Below the pieces are notes generated by a model that was not told where the DNA came from, did no database searches, and saw only the letters and a list, made by a program, of their open reading frames with translations. The position numbers and the translations under genes are program-made. A stretch of 64,000 nucleotides of DNA from an uncultured cyanobacterium (GTDB taxonomy: Bacteria > Cyanobacteriota > Cyanobacteriia > PCC-9006 > JAAUQQ01), in assembly GCA_963718615.1 (NCBI GenBank), contig OY970368.1, positions 4,896,001 through 4,960,000 on the forward strand, written 5' to 3'. Positions 30,103 through 40,523 of this stretch are shown here, piece after piece. Every line of letters starts with the position of its first letter. Position 1 is the stretch's first letter.

Positions 30103-30879
30103 TTGGACGATTCATATCAGGTCTATGTGAACCGGGTGGTTGGCATCACTCGGCTTGAGCACTACCGGCAACAACTTCAGGTCATCCATTCCTCTCCTAA
30201 GTACCAGCTCACTGACTCGGGTCAGTGGGAAGCAGTGCCCTTTCCGGGGACTACAATCGTTGCGCCCCCCAGCGGTGAGGATCCCGTCAATCAGGCGTTT
30301 TACCAGCAACTCCACGCGATCCATCAAACCCTCGTGGACAGCCTCCCCCCGGATTTACTGATTCCGCTGCCCTCCGACAGTCTGCATGTCACGCTGGCGG
30401 ATTTGCTCTGGGCAGATACCTACGTTCAGGCGCGGGAACAGCCAGGATTTGAGGAAAAGCTCAACGGCGAGATTGCCGACGTGTTTCAAACCTATCCCCA
30501 TTCTAAAAATGGACCGCTGCGCTTCCAGACCCTTGGGTATATGGTGATGCCGCGCGCCTTGGGAATTTGCCTAGTGCCCGACACAGAAGCCGCCTATGAA
30601 CGATTGATGTTGTTGCGGCGATCGCTCTATCAACAGCAGACCCTACTCGGCCTAGGCATTGAGCAACATTATCACCTGACCTTGCACATCACCTTGGGCT
30701 ATTTTGGCCGCGTGCCCGACGACCTAGACCGGGAGAGCTTGAGCGATCGCCTCGCTCAACTCAGCCAGACCGCCCTCGTCCCCTTACCAGAATTTGTGGT
30801 CCAACGGGCGGAACTGCGTCGATTTGACAACATGACCAGCTACGAACGCGAACCAGGTTGGCCAGTTCTAGAGTTCTAG
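30103..30879 (+). CDS. DUF1868-like 2H phosphoesterase-fold protein
   Basis: Two HxT motifs (LHVTLADL, LHITLGYF) and PFPG; TTG start. Confidence 0.75.
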   Translation: MDDSYQVYVNRVVGITRLEHYRQQLQVIHSSPKYQLTDSGQWEAVPFPGTTIVAPPSGEDPVNQAFYQQLHAIHQTLVDSLPPDLLIPLPSDSLHVTLADLLWADTYVQAREQPGFEEKLNGEIADVFQTYPHSKNGPLRFQTLGYMVMPRALGICLVPDTEAAYERLMLLRRSLYQQQTLLGLGIEQHYHLTLHITLGYFGRVPDDLDRESLSDRLAQLSQTALVPLPEFVVQRAELRRFDNMTSYEREPGWPVLEF

Positions 30880-31434
30880 ATCAATTGAGGCTCCAGCGTT
30901 CTTGGGCTCATAGGGGTAGCCATCGGGGTTAATCGTGTAGCGATCGCGAATTGCCCCCTCAAACACGCCTCCTTTACTACGGTAGAGATTGCAGCGGCTC
31001 AGGTTGGCCCCCTCCAGGGTGGCATTTTCCAGATTAGCCCCCGTCAAATCCGCACCGGTCAAATCCGCGCCAGTCAAGTTGGCATTCCGCAGATCTGCCT
31101 GGATCAAGTTAGCCCCCACCAAACAAGCCCGTTCCAGCAGGCCGAAGCGCAGGTTGGCCCGATACAGCAACCCTAAGCTCAGATCCGCCGCGTATAAATT
31201 TATGCCGTAGAGTTGACTATCAGATAGCACTGCCTGACTCAAACAAACCTGACTCAGATTTGCCTTACTAAACTGGACATAGGGCAGATAAGCAGCCGTG
31301 AGATCACTGCCTGTGAGATCAATCCCCATGAGTGAGGCTTCAAAAAGCGAGATTCCCCTCAGGTCTCGTCGTTGAAAATCGCGCTCCCCTAAACCGTACC
31401 GAATGAGCAACGCTTCACCAGTAAGTTTTTTCAT
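30868..31434 (-). CDS. Pentapeptide repeat protein
   Basis: LLIRYGLGERDF N-cap then ADLTG/ANL repeats; ATG at 31434. Confidence 0.88.
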   Translation of the reverse strand: MKKLTGEALLIRYGLGERDFQRRDLRGISLFEASLMGIDLTGSDLTAAYLPYVQFSKANLSQVCLSQAVLSDSQLYGINLYAADLSLGLLYRANLRFGLLERACLVGANLIQADLRNANLTGADLTGADLTGANLENATLEGANLSRCNLYRSKGGVFEGAIRDRYTINPDGYPYEPKNAGASIDLEL

Positions 31435-31615
31435 GTACAGCGTTGCGGCTGAAGTTCTTAGTGTCCGAGTTCCAACGTAACGGAATGTAAAGCGAAACCT
31501 GAGTTTACTTAACATTTTTTTTGGAGTCCTGACACTTCCGCTCCTGGGTTCCCCATTGGCCGGACCGAGGCCACTCGGCTTAAATGGAGAACAGAACTCT
31601 TTTCTGCTGTGGTCC

Positions 31616-33211
31616 ATGTCCCAACTTTCCTCATCAGTGGCAGAGCATTATCATGAGCGCACCAAGTACTCGCCGGAAAGCTTGACCCAGCAAGGCCGGG
31701 AGCTGGATTGGAGCCAACAGCCTATTCCCTTCAAGACCTACAAAATCGGGGCCGTCATTGATCTCAAGCCCTACTGGGAAACGGACAAAATAGGCAAGAC
31801 GGGGAGATCATCCGAGGTTGCCTCATTGTCCCCCGTGCTGCAACGCCTGTCGCGGCTGCTGTTGTGCAGCTATGGCTTAACCCAACGGGTTCAGCTCTGG
31901 GAGGGCAGCTTGATGTATCTGCGGGCGGCCCCCTCCGCTGGCGGGCTTTATCCGGCGGAAATTTATCTACTCTCCGCAGGGCTGCCGGATCTCCCCCCAG
32001 GGCTCTATAGCTATCAGGTCCAGAACCACACCCTAGTTCGATTCTGGGACTCAGACTGCTGGCCCCAGCTGCGGCAAGCTTGCCTTTGGCACCCGAGTCT
32101 GGAGCATACCCAGTTAGCGCTGATGGTAACGGCGGTGTTCCAGCGATCGGCTTGGCGATATCAGGCGCGGGCCTATCGGCGGATTTGCTTGGATACGGGG
32201 CATTTGCTCGGCAATCTTGAACTCGCCAGCGCCATGGCGGATTTTCGGCCCCATTTTATCGGGGGGTTTGTGGATCAAGCGCTGAATGATTTGCTGTATT
32301 TGGATCGTGACCAGGAGGGGGCGATCGCCGTCGCGGCTCTAGCGGATTTGCTGCAGGTTCAGCAAAACCTACCGGCCATCCGAGCTGCCCTCCCCTCAGA
32401 GGTCCATCGGGATTATGGTTCGTTGCCAGAGGATGCCTTGCTCCCGACCCTGCACCAGGCCAGTCAAATTTCGCAGGATTGGGGCGATCGCCTCAACTGG
32501 AAACCCGTCCCCACCTGGACCCCCCCCGGCCCAGACCAGCCAACTCAGGTCACGCCACCGGAACCCGAGGATAAGTACAATTTTCCGTTTTGCAGCCGCT
32601 TTTCCACCGAGACTAACCCAGTGCCCTGGGGAGAGAATCTGGCGGATCTGCGACAGACCATGCTCCAGCGTCGCTCTACCCGCGCTTACAGCGGCGAAAC
32701 CTTGACCCGCGACGAGCTCAATCAAATTTTGGATTTTACCTATCAGGGGGAACATTATCGGCTGCAGGGATTGAACGACAGTCCAGACTATTTTTCGCTG
32801 GAGCTGATCGAAACCTTTGTGGCGGTATCCGGCATTGAGGGTCTAGAGGCCGGTTGCTATTACTACGCCCCCAAGGCCCAGGAGCTGCGACAGGTGCGGT
32901 TCAAGAATTTTCGCCAGGAGCTCCATTACCTCTGCCTGAATCAAGATTTGGGGCGGGATGCGGCGGCGGTGGTGTTTCATACGGCGGACTTGAAACAGGC
33001 GGTGGAGGTCTATGGCGATCGCGCCTATCGCTATCTCCATCTGGATGCCGGTCACCTAGGCCAGCGGCTTAATCTCGCAGCCATTCGTCTTGGCCTCGGC
33101 GTCAGTGGCATTGGTGGATTTTTTGATGATCTGGTCAATGAGGTCCTCGGCATTCCCGCAGACGAGGCTGTCCTCTATATCACCACCCTTGGACGTCCTC
33201 GGCGAAACTAG
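31616..33211 (+). CDS. SagB/ThcOx-family double nitroreductase-domain dehydrogenase
   Basis: HYHERTKY, LRAAPSAGGLYPAEIY, RRSTRAY, YRYLHLDAGHLGQRLNLAA. Confidence 0.9.
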   Translation: MSQLSSSVAEHYHERTKYSPESLTQQGRELDWSQQPIPFKTYKIGAVIDLKPYWETDKIGKTGRSSEVASLSPVLQRLSRLLLCSYGLTQRVQLWEGSLMYLRAAPSAGGLYPAEIYLLSAGLPDLPPGLYSYQVQNHTLVRFWDSDCWPQLRQACLWHPSLEHTQLALMVTAVFQRSAWRYQARAYRRICLDTGHLLGNLELASAMADFRPHFIGGFVDQALNDLLYLDRDQEGAIAVAALADLLQVQQNLPAIRAALPSEVHRDYGSLPEDALLPTLHQASQISQDWGDRLNWKPVPTWTPPGPDQPTQVTPPEPEDKYNFPFCSRFSTETNPVPWGENLADLRQTMLQRRSTRAYSGETLTRDELNQILDFTYQGEHYRLQGLNDSPDYFSLELIETFVAVSGIEGLEAGCYYYAPKAQELRQVRFKNFRQELHYLCLNQDLGRDAAAVVFHTADLKQAVEVYGDRAYRYLHLDAGHLGQRLNLAAIRLGLGVSGIGGFFDDLVNEVLGIPADEAVLYITTLGRPRRN

Positions 33212-33367
33212 CGAATGAAGGTTACTAGTCCATTCTCGCAAGATTACCTTTGCCCCAGGAGGGGTATAGCGGTGCGTTAGACTGGATCAGACCTGGTGCG
33301 GTCAACTTAATCCTGTCCTAAACCCTGGTCTAAGCAATCGTTACGGTAGCGAAGAGGAAGCCCGTCC

Positions 33368-34487
33368 GTGGAGTTATTTGAGATTAAACGAGAGCTACAA
33401 ACGCTCACTGATCGCCTGGGTAAAACCCAGGACTATCTTTGACCTGCCTGCTCTGACTGCCAAGATCAAAGACCTGGAGCAGGTGGCAGCCCAACCCGAA
33501 CTTTGGGATGACCCAGCCCAGGCCCAGAGCACGCTGAAAGAATTGGATGAGCTCAAATCCCACGCCCAGCAGTTCAAAACCTGGAATCAGCAGGTGGAGG
33601 ATGTGAAGGCGATCGCCGAGCTCCTCGAACTCGAAGAAGACGACAGCCTACGCGAAGAAGCTGCAACCACGATCGCCACCCTCCACCGGGATCTAGAACA
33701 ATGGGATTTGCTCCAGCTCCTCTCCGGTCCCTATGACAAAGACGGAGCGGTCCTGACGATTAACGCCGGGGCGGGCGGCACCGACGCCCAGGACTGGGCC
33801 GATATGCTCCTGCGCATGTACACGCGTTGGGCCGAGGACCACAAGTACAAAGTCGCCCTGGCGGAAATCTCCGAAGGGGACGAAGCCGGGATCAAATCCG
33901 TCACGTTAGAAATCGACGGGCGCTATGCCTACGGATATCTCAAGGCGGAGAAAGGCACCCACCGGTTGGTGCGGATTTCACCGTTTAACGCCAATGGCAA
34001 GCGGCAAACCAGTTTTGCAGGCGTGGAAGTCATGCCCATCCTGGACAAAGGCGTAACCTTAGACATCCCCGAAAAGGATCTAGAGATCACCACCTCCCGC
34101 GCAGGCGGCAAAGGCGGCCAGAACGTCAACAAGGTGGAGACAGCGGTGCGGGTGGTGCATTTGCCCACAGGGCTCGCAGTGCGCTGTACCCAAGAGCGAT
34201 CGCAACTGCAAAACAAAGAAAAAGCCCTCGTCCTGCTCAAGGCCAAGCTCCTGATCGTCGCCCAGGAACAGCGCGCCCAGGAAATTGCCGACATTCGCGG
34301 CGACATAGTGGAAGCCGCCTGGGGCAATCAAATCCGTAACTACGTTTTCCATCCCTACCAACTGGTCAAGGACCTGCGCACCGGCGAGGAAACCACCGCC
34401 ATCCAGGACGTGATGAACGGCGAACTCGACCCCTTCATCCAGCGCTACCTCCGCCAAGAAAACCAAGTCATGACCGACAGTCCCTAA
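33368..34487 (+). CDS. prfB: Peptide chain release factor 2, translated through a +1 programmed frameshift (372 aa)
   Basis: GTG 33368 gives [24 protein letters not shown] then CTT TGA C (33437-33443); the +1 frame continues DLPAL..; SPF and GGQ motifs present. Confidence 0.97.
33428..33443 (+). promoter_or_regulatory. prfB autoregulatory +1 frameshift site
   Basis: CAGGACTATCTTTGAC: SD-like AGG just upstream of CTT-TGA-C. Confidence 0.92.
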
Positions 34488-34519
34488 TTTTTCACTTGAT
34501 TTTTTCATTTTTGTCACCC

Positions 34520-34696
34520 ATGACCAACACCCCCCCACCCCCCGCCCCCCCGACACCCCCCGCCCCCACCGACAGCTACGTCAAACTCGCCATGCGCAAC
34601 ATGGTCCGTAAAGGCGGCACCTCGCTCAAGCACTATGGCCTGACGGTCTTGGCACTGCTGGGCGTTTTGGTGGGTTTGGCCTATTTGACCCATTAG
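34520..34696 (+). CDS. DUF3285-family small membrane protein
   Basis: SYVKLAMRNMVRKGGTSLKH followed by one TM; lies between prfB and ybeY. Confidence 0.8.
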   Translation: MTNTPPPPAPPTPPAPTDSYVKLAMRNMVRKGGTSLKHYGLTVLALLGVLVGLAYLTH

Positions 34697-34713
34697 CAGC
34701 GTGTGAGTAGAGC

Positions 34714-35274
34714 TTGAGTGTGAAAGCCCATTTGACAACCGATTTTGAACTGGATTTGGCGGTGCAGATTGCCGAAGGATTGGCTGAGGCGATCGCCCCC
34801 TCCCTAACCATCTCCGCAGCCGAATGGACCACCTGGTTCGAACAATGGCTCCGCCAGCTCTATCCGGACCTCCCCGAAACCTGGCAACACAGCGCCTATG
34901 ACATGGCTCTCCGCCTCACCGACGATGCTGAGGTCCAGGCCCTCAATGCCCAATATCGACAGAAAGACGAACCCACCGACGTTCTTTCCTTTGCAGCCCT
35001 AGAGGTTGAAAGTCCCGAAATTCCCGACGCCGACTTTCCCCTGGAACTGGGCGACATCATTATTTCCCTGCCCACGGCCCAGCGCCAAGCCAACCAGCAG
35101 GGGCATTCGCTCAGGACCGAACTGGCTTGGCTGGCAGCCCACGGATTACTGCATCTTTTGAGCTGGGATCACCCCGACGACGAGAGTTTGCACCGTATGT
35201 TGCAGCAACAGGTGCTGCTCCTGGGTACCGTAGGGGTGGAAGCCCCCCGGTTTGATGTCAGCGAATCGGCTTAA
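34714..35274 (+). CDS. ybeY: rRNA maturation RNase YbeY
   Basis: LNAQYRQKDEPTDVLSF, LGDIIIS, HGLLHLLSWDH. Confidence 0.95.
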   Translation: MSVKAHLTTDFELDLAVQIAEGLAEAIAPSLTISAAEWTTWFEQWLRQLYPDLPETWQHSAYDMALRLTDDAEVQALNAQYRQKDEPTDVLSFAALEVESPEIPDADFPLELGDIIISLPTAQRQANQQGHSLRTELAWLAAHGLLHLLSWDHPDDESLHRMLQQQVLLLGTVGVEAPRFDVSESA

Positions 35275-35382
35275 ATGCGAACTCACGCGACCTAACCATT
35301 CAGACCAAATTTCCGAATTTCTAGGTTTGTAGCCTTGCATTGGATTCGCTATTCTTTAACGTGATTCCTATCAGAACCCCCT

Positions 35383-35844
35383 ATGTCCCAAGACACCCCA
35401 GCTACAGCTCCTCTCCGGCCTCTGTCAGCATCCGCAGCGGGAGGGGTGAAACGAGAACATGCCTGGCGTGTCGCCTCCAATTTATTTGTTAGCTTTGGGT
35501 TTGCCTGGGCCGGAATTACCTATGCTTTCCGAACCCAGCGCAACTTCAAAATCCATGTAGTCATGGGCACTTCTGCGCTAGCCCTGGCCCTCTACCTAGC
35601 CCTCGCCCCCGTCGAAGTCGCTGTGATTGGCCTCACCGTAGGGGCCGTGATGACGATGGAACTGCTCAATACGGCGCTAGAATCCGTCGTGGACCTCACC
35701 GTAGACCAGACCTACCACGAGCTCGCCAAAATTGCCAAAGACTGTGCTGCCGGGGCTGTTCTGGTCTCAGCACTCGTGTCGGTGATGGTTGCGGCCTCGC
35801 TGCTTTTGCCGCCCCTCATCGAACGGTTAGTCACTTTGCTCTAG
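35383..35844 (+). CDS. dgkA: Diacylglycerol/undecaprenol kinase family protein
   Basis: QRNFKIH, MELLNTALESVVDL, AKIAKDCAAGAVL. Confidence 0.9.
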   Translation: MSQDTPATAPLRPLSASAAGGVKREHAWRVASNLFVSFGFAWAGITYAFRTQRNFKIHVVMGTSALALALYLALAPVEVAVIGLTVGAVMTMELLNTALESVVDLTVDQTYHELAKIAKDCAAGAVLVSALVSVMVAASLLLPPLIERLVTLL

Positions 35845-35853
35845 GCTAGACCC

Positions 35854-36444
35854 ATGATCCTCGTCATCGATAACTACGACAGCTTTACGTACAACCTGGT
35901 GCAATATCTGGGGGAGTTGGGACAGACCTTTGCGATCGCCCAAGAGATCCAGGTTTACCGAAACGACCAAATCACCCTCGATCAAGTCAAGGCTTTAAAA
36001 CCGGATGCGATCGTCATCTCCCCCGGCCCCGGTCGCCCCGAAGACGCGGGCATTTCCCTGGAGCTGATCGAACAGCTCGGTCCTTCCACGCCGATTCTGG
36101 GGGTTTGCCTCGGTCACCAGAGCATCGGCCAAGTCTACGGCGGCGATATTGTTCGTGCCCCGGAGCTGATGCATGGCAAGGTTTCGCCTGTGCACCATAC
36201 CGATATCGGCGTTTTTGTAGGGGTCGAGAACCCCATGACCGCAACCCGCTACCATAGCCTGGTGATCGATCGCCACACTTGTCCTGAGGTGCTTGAAATC
36301 ACGGCCTGGGTGGAAGACGAAACGATCATGGGGGTTCGCCATCGGAACTATCCCCATATTCAAGGCGTCCAGTTTCACCCAGAGAGCGTCTTAACCGGAG
36401 CTGGTAAACAATTGCTCAGCAATTTCCTAGCTTCAATCTCCTAG
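35854..36444 (+). CDS. trpG: Anthranilate/aminodeoxychorismate synthase component II (glutamine amidotransferase)
   Basis: [31 protein letters not shown]. Confidence 0.93.
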   Translation: MILVIDNYDSFTYNLVQYLGELGQTFAIAQEIQVYRNDQITLDQVKALKPDAIVISPGPGRPEDAGISLELIEQLGPSTPILGVCLGHQSIGQVYGGDIVRAPELMHGKVSPVHHTDIGVFVGVENPMTATRYHSLVIDRHTCPEVLEITAWVEDETIMGVRHRNYPHIQGVQFHPESVLTGAGKQLLSNFLASIS

Positions 36445-36462
36445 TAATTTACGAACGACACC

Positions 36463-37227
36463 ATGAAACGGCGACAATTCTTGGGTGCAGCAGCAGGGTT
36501 TTCAGCGGGCTTGGGCGCAAGCTTTCTGCCTCGGTTCAGCACCGTCTCGGCCCAAACGTCGGGGCTCACGATCCAGGCTCTCGGCCATAGCTGCTTTCTC
36601 TTCAGCGGTGATGGTCAAAAGGTCTTACTCAACCCCTTCCGCCAAATCGGCTGCACCCAGGGCTATGCTGCGCCCAAGGTCAGCGCCAATCTGGTGATGA
36701 TTAGCAGTCGTCTGTTTGACGAGGGCTATGTGGAAGGGCTACCGGGCAACCCCCGCATTCTTTATGAACCGGGGGCCTACCAACTGGGCGACCAGCAAAT
36801 CCAGGGCATTCGCACCGAGCACGATCGCTTCAAGGGTCGTCGGTTTGGTCAAAACGTGGCCTGGCGCTGGAGCCAAGGCGGCCTAACGATTCTCCATTTG
36901 GGCGGGGCAGCGGCTCCGATTTCCGTGGAGCAAAAGATTTTGATGGGAACGCCGGATGTTTTGCTAGTGCCAGTGTCTGGGGGACCTAAGGCTTATACAC
37001 CGGAAGAGGCGAAGGCGGCGATCGCCACCCTCAACCCCAAACTCATCATCCCCACCCAATACCGCACCAGCGCCGCCGATCCCAACGCCTGCGATAGCGA
37101 AACCGTGGAGGCGTTCCTGAATGTGATGCAAGGGACCTCGGTCAAGCGAGCAGGCAACCAGTTGAGCTTACAGAAATCGTCTCTACCGACGGCAGGGTCG
37201 ATGATCCAGGTGATGTCAGCCACCTAG
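36463..37227 (+). CDS. MBL-fold protein with Tat signal peptide
   Basis: MKRRQFL twin-arginine signal; LGHSCFL, ILHLGG, LNPKLIIPTQY; the HxHxDH motif is replaced by SSRLFDE. Confidence 0.8.
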   Translation: MKRRQFLGAAAGFSAGLGASFLPRFSTVSAQTSGLTIQALGHSCFLFSGDGQKVLLNPFRQIGCTQGYAAPKVSANLVMISSRLFDEGYVEGLPGNPRILYEPGAYQLGDQQIQGIRTEHDRFKGRRFGQNVAWRWSQGGLTILHLGGAAAPISVEQKILMGTPDVLLVPVSGGPKAYTPEEAKAAIATLNPKLIIPTQYRTSAADPNACDSETVEAFLNVMQGTSVKRAGNQLSLQKSSLPTAGSMIQVMSAT

Positions 37228-37342
37228 GCACAGGCTTTGCTGGCGAAATCTTCAGGAAAACTTAGGGATCGATCGCCTGGGCGAAGGGGCGAGTTCTAGG
37301 CGGTTTTAGGGCCTGATGATCCCGCCGGGAGGCTGATTTGGG

Positions 37343-37375
37343 GTGGGTTTGGGCGATCGCCCAAACCCACTTTTT
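37343..37375 (+). terminator. Perfect 28-bp palindrome centred on HIP1, followed by a T-run
   Basis: GTGGGTTTGGGCGA|TCGCCCAAACCCAC then TTTTT, downstream of the prfB..MBL gene run. Confidence 0.65.
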
Positions 37376-37499
37376 ATTCTTCGTCAAAGTCAAAGTTTAA
37401 TTTCCACCCCCTGAGGGTCTAAAAAAAAGCACGCTAGTCTGATAGAGAAAAGCCCGACTGCCCCAGCACGGATTGAATTAGCACGGATTGAACTCTGCC

Positions 37500-38909
37500 A
37501 TGACACAGCAAAAATTTGGCGTGATTGGCCTCGCCGTCATGGGGGAAAACCTTGCCCTCAACGTAGAACGCAACGGTTTTCCCATCGCGGTCTATAACCG
37601 CAGCGCTGACAAAACCGACACCTTCATGGCCGAACGCGCCCAAGGCAAGCAAGTTAAAGCCACCTACTCCCTGGAAGAATTTGTTGCCGCCCTCGAACGC
37701 CCTCGCCGCATCCTCATCATGGTCAAGGCCGGTGCGCCTGTGGATGCGGTCATCCAACAGCTTCGGCCTCTGCTCGATGACGATGACATGATCATTGACG
37801 GTGGCAACTCGCTTTATACTGACACCGAACGCCGGGTCAAGGAACTCGAAAGCACGGGTCTCCGTTTCATCGGTATGGGCGTCAGCGGGGGTGAAGAAGG
37901 GGCACTCAATGGCCCTAGCCTCATGCCCGGTGGCACCAAAGCCGCCTACGAAGCCATCGAGCCCATCGTCACCAAAATTGCAGCCCAGGTGGATGACGGA
38001 CCCTGCGTCACCTACATCGGCCCCGGTGGCTCCGGCCACTACGTCAAGATGGTTCACAACGGCATTGAGTATGGCGACATGCAGCTCATCGCCGAAGCCT
38101 ACGACATCCTCAAAAACGTCGGTGGATTGAACCACACCCAACTCCACGAGGTCTTCGCCCAGTGGAACACCACGGATGAACTGGATTCGTTTTTGATTGA
38201 AATCACGGCAGATATTTTCACCCAGCTAGATCCGGATACCGGCAAGCCCTTGGTGGAGCTCATTCTCGATTCTGCGGGCCAAAAGGGCACAGGCCTCTGG
38301 ACGGCGGTGAATGCCCTGGAAATGGGTGTGGCGATTCCGACGATCGCCGCTGCGGTAAATGCGAGGGTAATGTCTTCGCTCAAGGCTGAACGCGTTGCCG
38401 CATCGAAGGAGCTCAGCGGTCCTAACCCCAGTCTCCATGGCGACACCCAGACACTGATTGCCATGGTCCGGGACGCCCTTTACTGCTCGAAGATTTGTTC
38501 CTATGCCCAAGGCATGGCGTTGATCAAGCGGGCTTCGGACGAGTTCAACTACAACATCGATTTGGGCGAAACTGCGCGTATCTGGAAAGGCGGCTGTATT
38601 ATTCGGGCAAGGTTCTTGAATAAGATTAAGCACGCCTATGATGAGAATGCAGGGCTGGCGAATCTGCTCTTGGCTCCGGAATTTAAGCAAACGATTCTCG
38701 ATCGCCAAAATGCTTGGCGGGAAATCGTCGCCCTCGCAGCCAAGAACGGCATCCCCATTCCAGCGTTCAGTGCCTCCCTGGATTACTTCGATAGCTATCG
38801 CCGTGCCCAACAGCCCCAAAACCTGACCCAGGCCCAGCGGGACTACTTTGGCGCACATACCTACCAACGCATCGACAAGGAAGGCACCTTTCACACCCAT
38901 TGGTTTTAG
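37500..38909 (+). CDS. gndA: NADP-dependent 6-phosphogluconate dehydrogenase (decarboxylating)
   Basis: GVIGLAVMGENLALN, GVSGGEEGA, VKMVHNGIEYGDMQLI, QAQRDYFGAHTY. Confidence 0.98.
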   Translation: MTQQKFGVIGLAVMGENLALNVERNGFPIAVYNRSADKTDTFMAERAQGKQVKATYSLEEFVAALERPRRILIMVKAGAPVDAVIQQLRPLLDDDDMIIDGGNSLYTDTERRVKELESTGLRFIGMGVSGGEEGALNGPSLMPGGTKAAYEAIEPIVTKIAAQVDDGPCVTYIGPGGSGHYVKMVHNGIEYGDMQLIAEAYDILKNVGGLNHTQLHEVFAQWNTTDELDSFLIEITADIFTQLDPDTGKPLVELILDSAGQKGTGLWTAVNALEMGVAIPTIAAAVNARVMSSLKAERVAASKELSGPNPSLHGDTQTLIAMVRDALYCSKICSYAQGMALIKRASDEFNYNIDLGETARIWKGGCIIRARFLNKIKHAYDENAGLANLLLAPEFKQTILDRQNAWREIVALAAKNGIPIPAFSASLDYFDSYRRAQQPQNLTQAQRDYFGAHTYQRIDKEGTFHTHWF

Positions 38910-38937
38910 GCAAACGCAACCATCGCGAAATGATTGC

Positions 38938-39022
38938 GTAGGTTGGGTTGAGGCACGAAACCCAACAAGCCAAGGGCAAATGCTTAGGCTTGTTGGGTTT
39001 CACTTCGTTCTACCCAACCTAC
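38938..39022. repeat. GTAG-type REP doublet (inverted pair)
   Basis: GTAGGTTGGGTTGAGGCACGAAACCCAACA...TGTTGGGTTTCACTTCGTTCTACCCAACCTAC between convergent gnd and ssrA. Confidence 0.75.
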
Positions 39023-39077
39023 TGCTCTACTTAGCTAATACAATTGATGCTGCCTAAGCAGATTTTGCAAGAATTAA

Positions 39078-39480
39078 TGGAGCTGAGCGGAATCGAACCG
39101 CTGTCCGCATTAGTTATTTACTCCTAGCTCGTTCACAGGTTTAGCCCCTCTAACCCTTGGGGCGGGAACCGTCTATTATCCCTGACGATGGGATTCTTTG
39201 ATGAGTTCTTAATTCAGGGCTGTACCAAAGACCTTCCCTGAAAGCATCCGTTGGGGTTGGTGCTCTAGATCCTTAACGGAGTCAAACCCAGAGCCTCACG
39301 GTCTACTAAAGAGAGTAGAGTTTTTTACGCAGCTGCTAGAGCAGGCGTGCGCACGCGAGAGAAGGATACGATGTTGTTCGCATTTACTTTTTTTTGAGCC
39401 ATTGATTTACGAGAGTTAGCTCGCTCTCGACCTGTATCACACGGTAGCTTTCACTAACACGTCGAAACCATTACAGCCCC
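39078..39480 (-). ncRNA. ssrA: tmRNA; tag peptide (A)ANNIVSFSRVRTPALAAA at 39381-39325
   Basis: 5' GGGGCTGTAATGGTTTCGAC and 3' GGACAGCGGTTCGATTCCGCTCAGCTCCA tRNA-Ala-like domain; ANNIV tag typical of cyanobacteria; CCA not encoded. Confidence 0.97.
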
Positions 39481-40065
39481 AGACGATAGTTATCTAGACG
39501 TTATCTAGGCTACGCTATGAATCTATTATAGCTTGACATTCAGCAACTGTCGGCCTGTCTCACCCGCATAAAAACATTTAATTAGAACTTGTTCGCAACT
39601 TTAAGTTTCTTGAGTAAGAATTCATCCTAAGTTCAACTTGCCAAGGGAACCATTCAGTATATTGGCCTATGGCCTTGCAAACTTGCCTTGCAAACTTGCT
39701 TAGTATACCCAAAAGATAACATCCTTCAACCCAAGCTTCTTCGTGGATTATTGTATTATGCAGTAGCCAGAGGAAATTAATTTTTAGGGTCAATATTGGG
39801 CTAAACAAGCAAACAGTGGGAGAGTCGGGGATGGGGGGTTATACCCATCAGGGTAAACTTTTTGAATTGGCAAAATGAGACGATGTTGAAGTCGTGGTGC
39901 AAAGAGGTCTAGGGCAAGACGATCTACTACAGGGAGATCATTGGTTTAGACGTTGATTGAGTCTTCAATGGACTCAATCCTAAGTCCCAGTAAGGTTTTA
40001 ACCCTTTATATCTACCCTTAAAATGACAGGGATTCGACCGTTAAGCACGAGATTTCAACTTGAGG

Positions 40066-40497
40066 ATGTGCCTGGATTGCTCATGTATGTTGGAGCAAAT
40101 AAAAAGCGGTCAGCTTCTGGTCGTCAGTCGCCGCCATCGCAATGGGCTAATTCTGTGCAAGCCTTACCATGCTGAATTTGCTGGCCCCGGAGCGGCAGTG
40201 GGCGGAGAAATTGACCGAGACTGCGCGTCGATTCTGCCGGTGGGAAATTTGCGATTAGCGCCACCGATTTCCTATCAAGAACGACAGGATTCCTATCTGA
40301 TTCGTCGCCAGTGGATTCGGCTAACCCAGCAATTCACCGAGCCTCAGGATTCCCTCGAACGGGCCCGGATGATTCTGAGCCAATTTGAAAACTATTTCGA
40401 TCCTGCAATCCTGGAAAAAATGCCCAACGAAGTATTTGCCCAGATGGTGGGGGTTTTTCCCTCAACGATTGAGCGAGTCCGGCACAAACTTGAGTGA
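40066..40497 (+). CDS. Cyanobacterial hypothetical protein (possible Crp-like C-terminal HTH)
   Basis: RRHRNGLIL..YHAEFAGPGAAVGG and IRRQWIRLTQQ motifs, recalled as conserved in cyanobacteria; start uncertain (40060/40066/40087). Confidence 0.65.
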   Translation: MCLDCSCMLEQIKSGQLLVVSRRHRNGLILCKPYHAEFAGPGAAVGGEIDRDCASILPVGNLRLAPPISYQERQDSYLIRRQWIRLTQQFTEPQDSLERARMILSQFENYFDPAILEKMPNEVFAQMVGVFPSTIERVRHKLE

Positions 40498-40523
40498 CTC
40501 AGCCCTAAAACCGACTGTTGAAC

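Noticed and set aside
31616-33211. SagB/ThcOx gene as the core of a RiPP (azole peptide) cluster
   Set aside because: No YcaO, precursor peptide, protease or exporter nearby; stand-alone copies are common in cyanobacteria
33378-34487. ORF-track TTG start for prfB, or prfB as a frameshifted pseudogene
   Set aside because: The canonical CTT-TGA-C programmed frameshift explains it; the true start is GTG 33368
39023-39480. tmRNA as an island integration site
   Set aside because: Its 3' end abuts a REP and gnd; no integrase or duplicated 3' fragment seen
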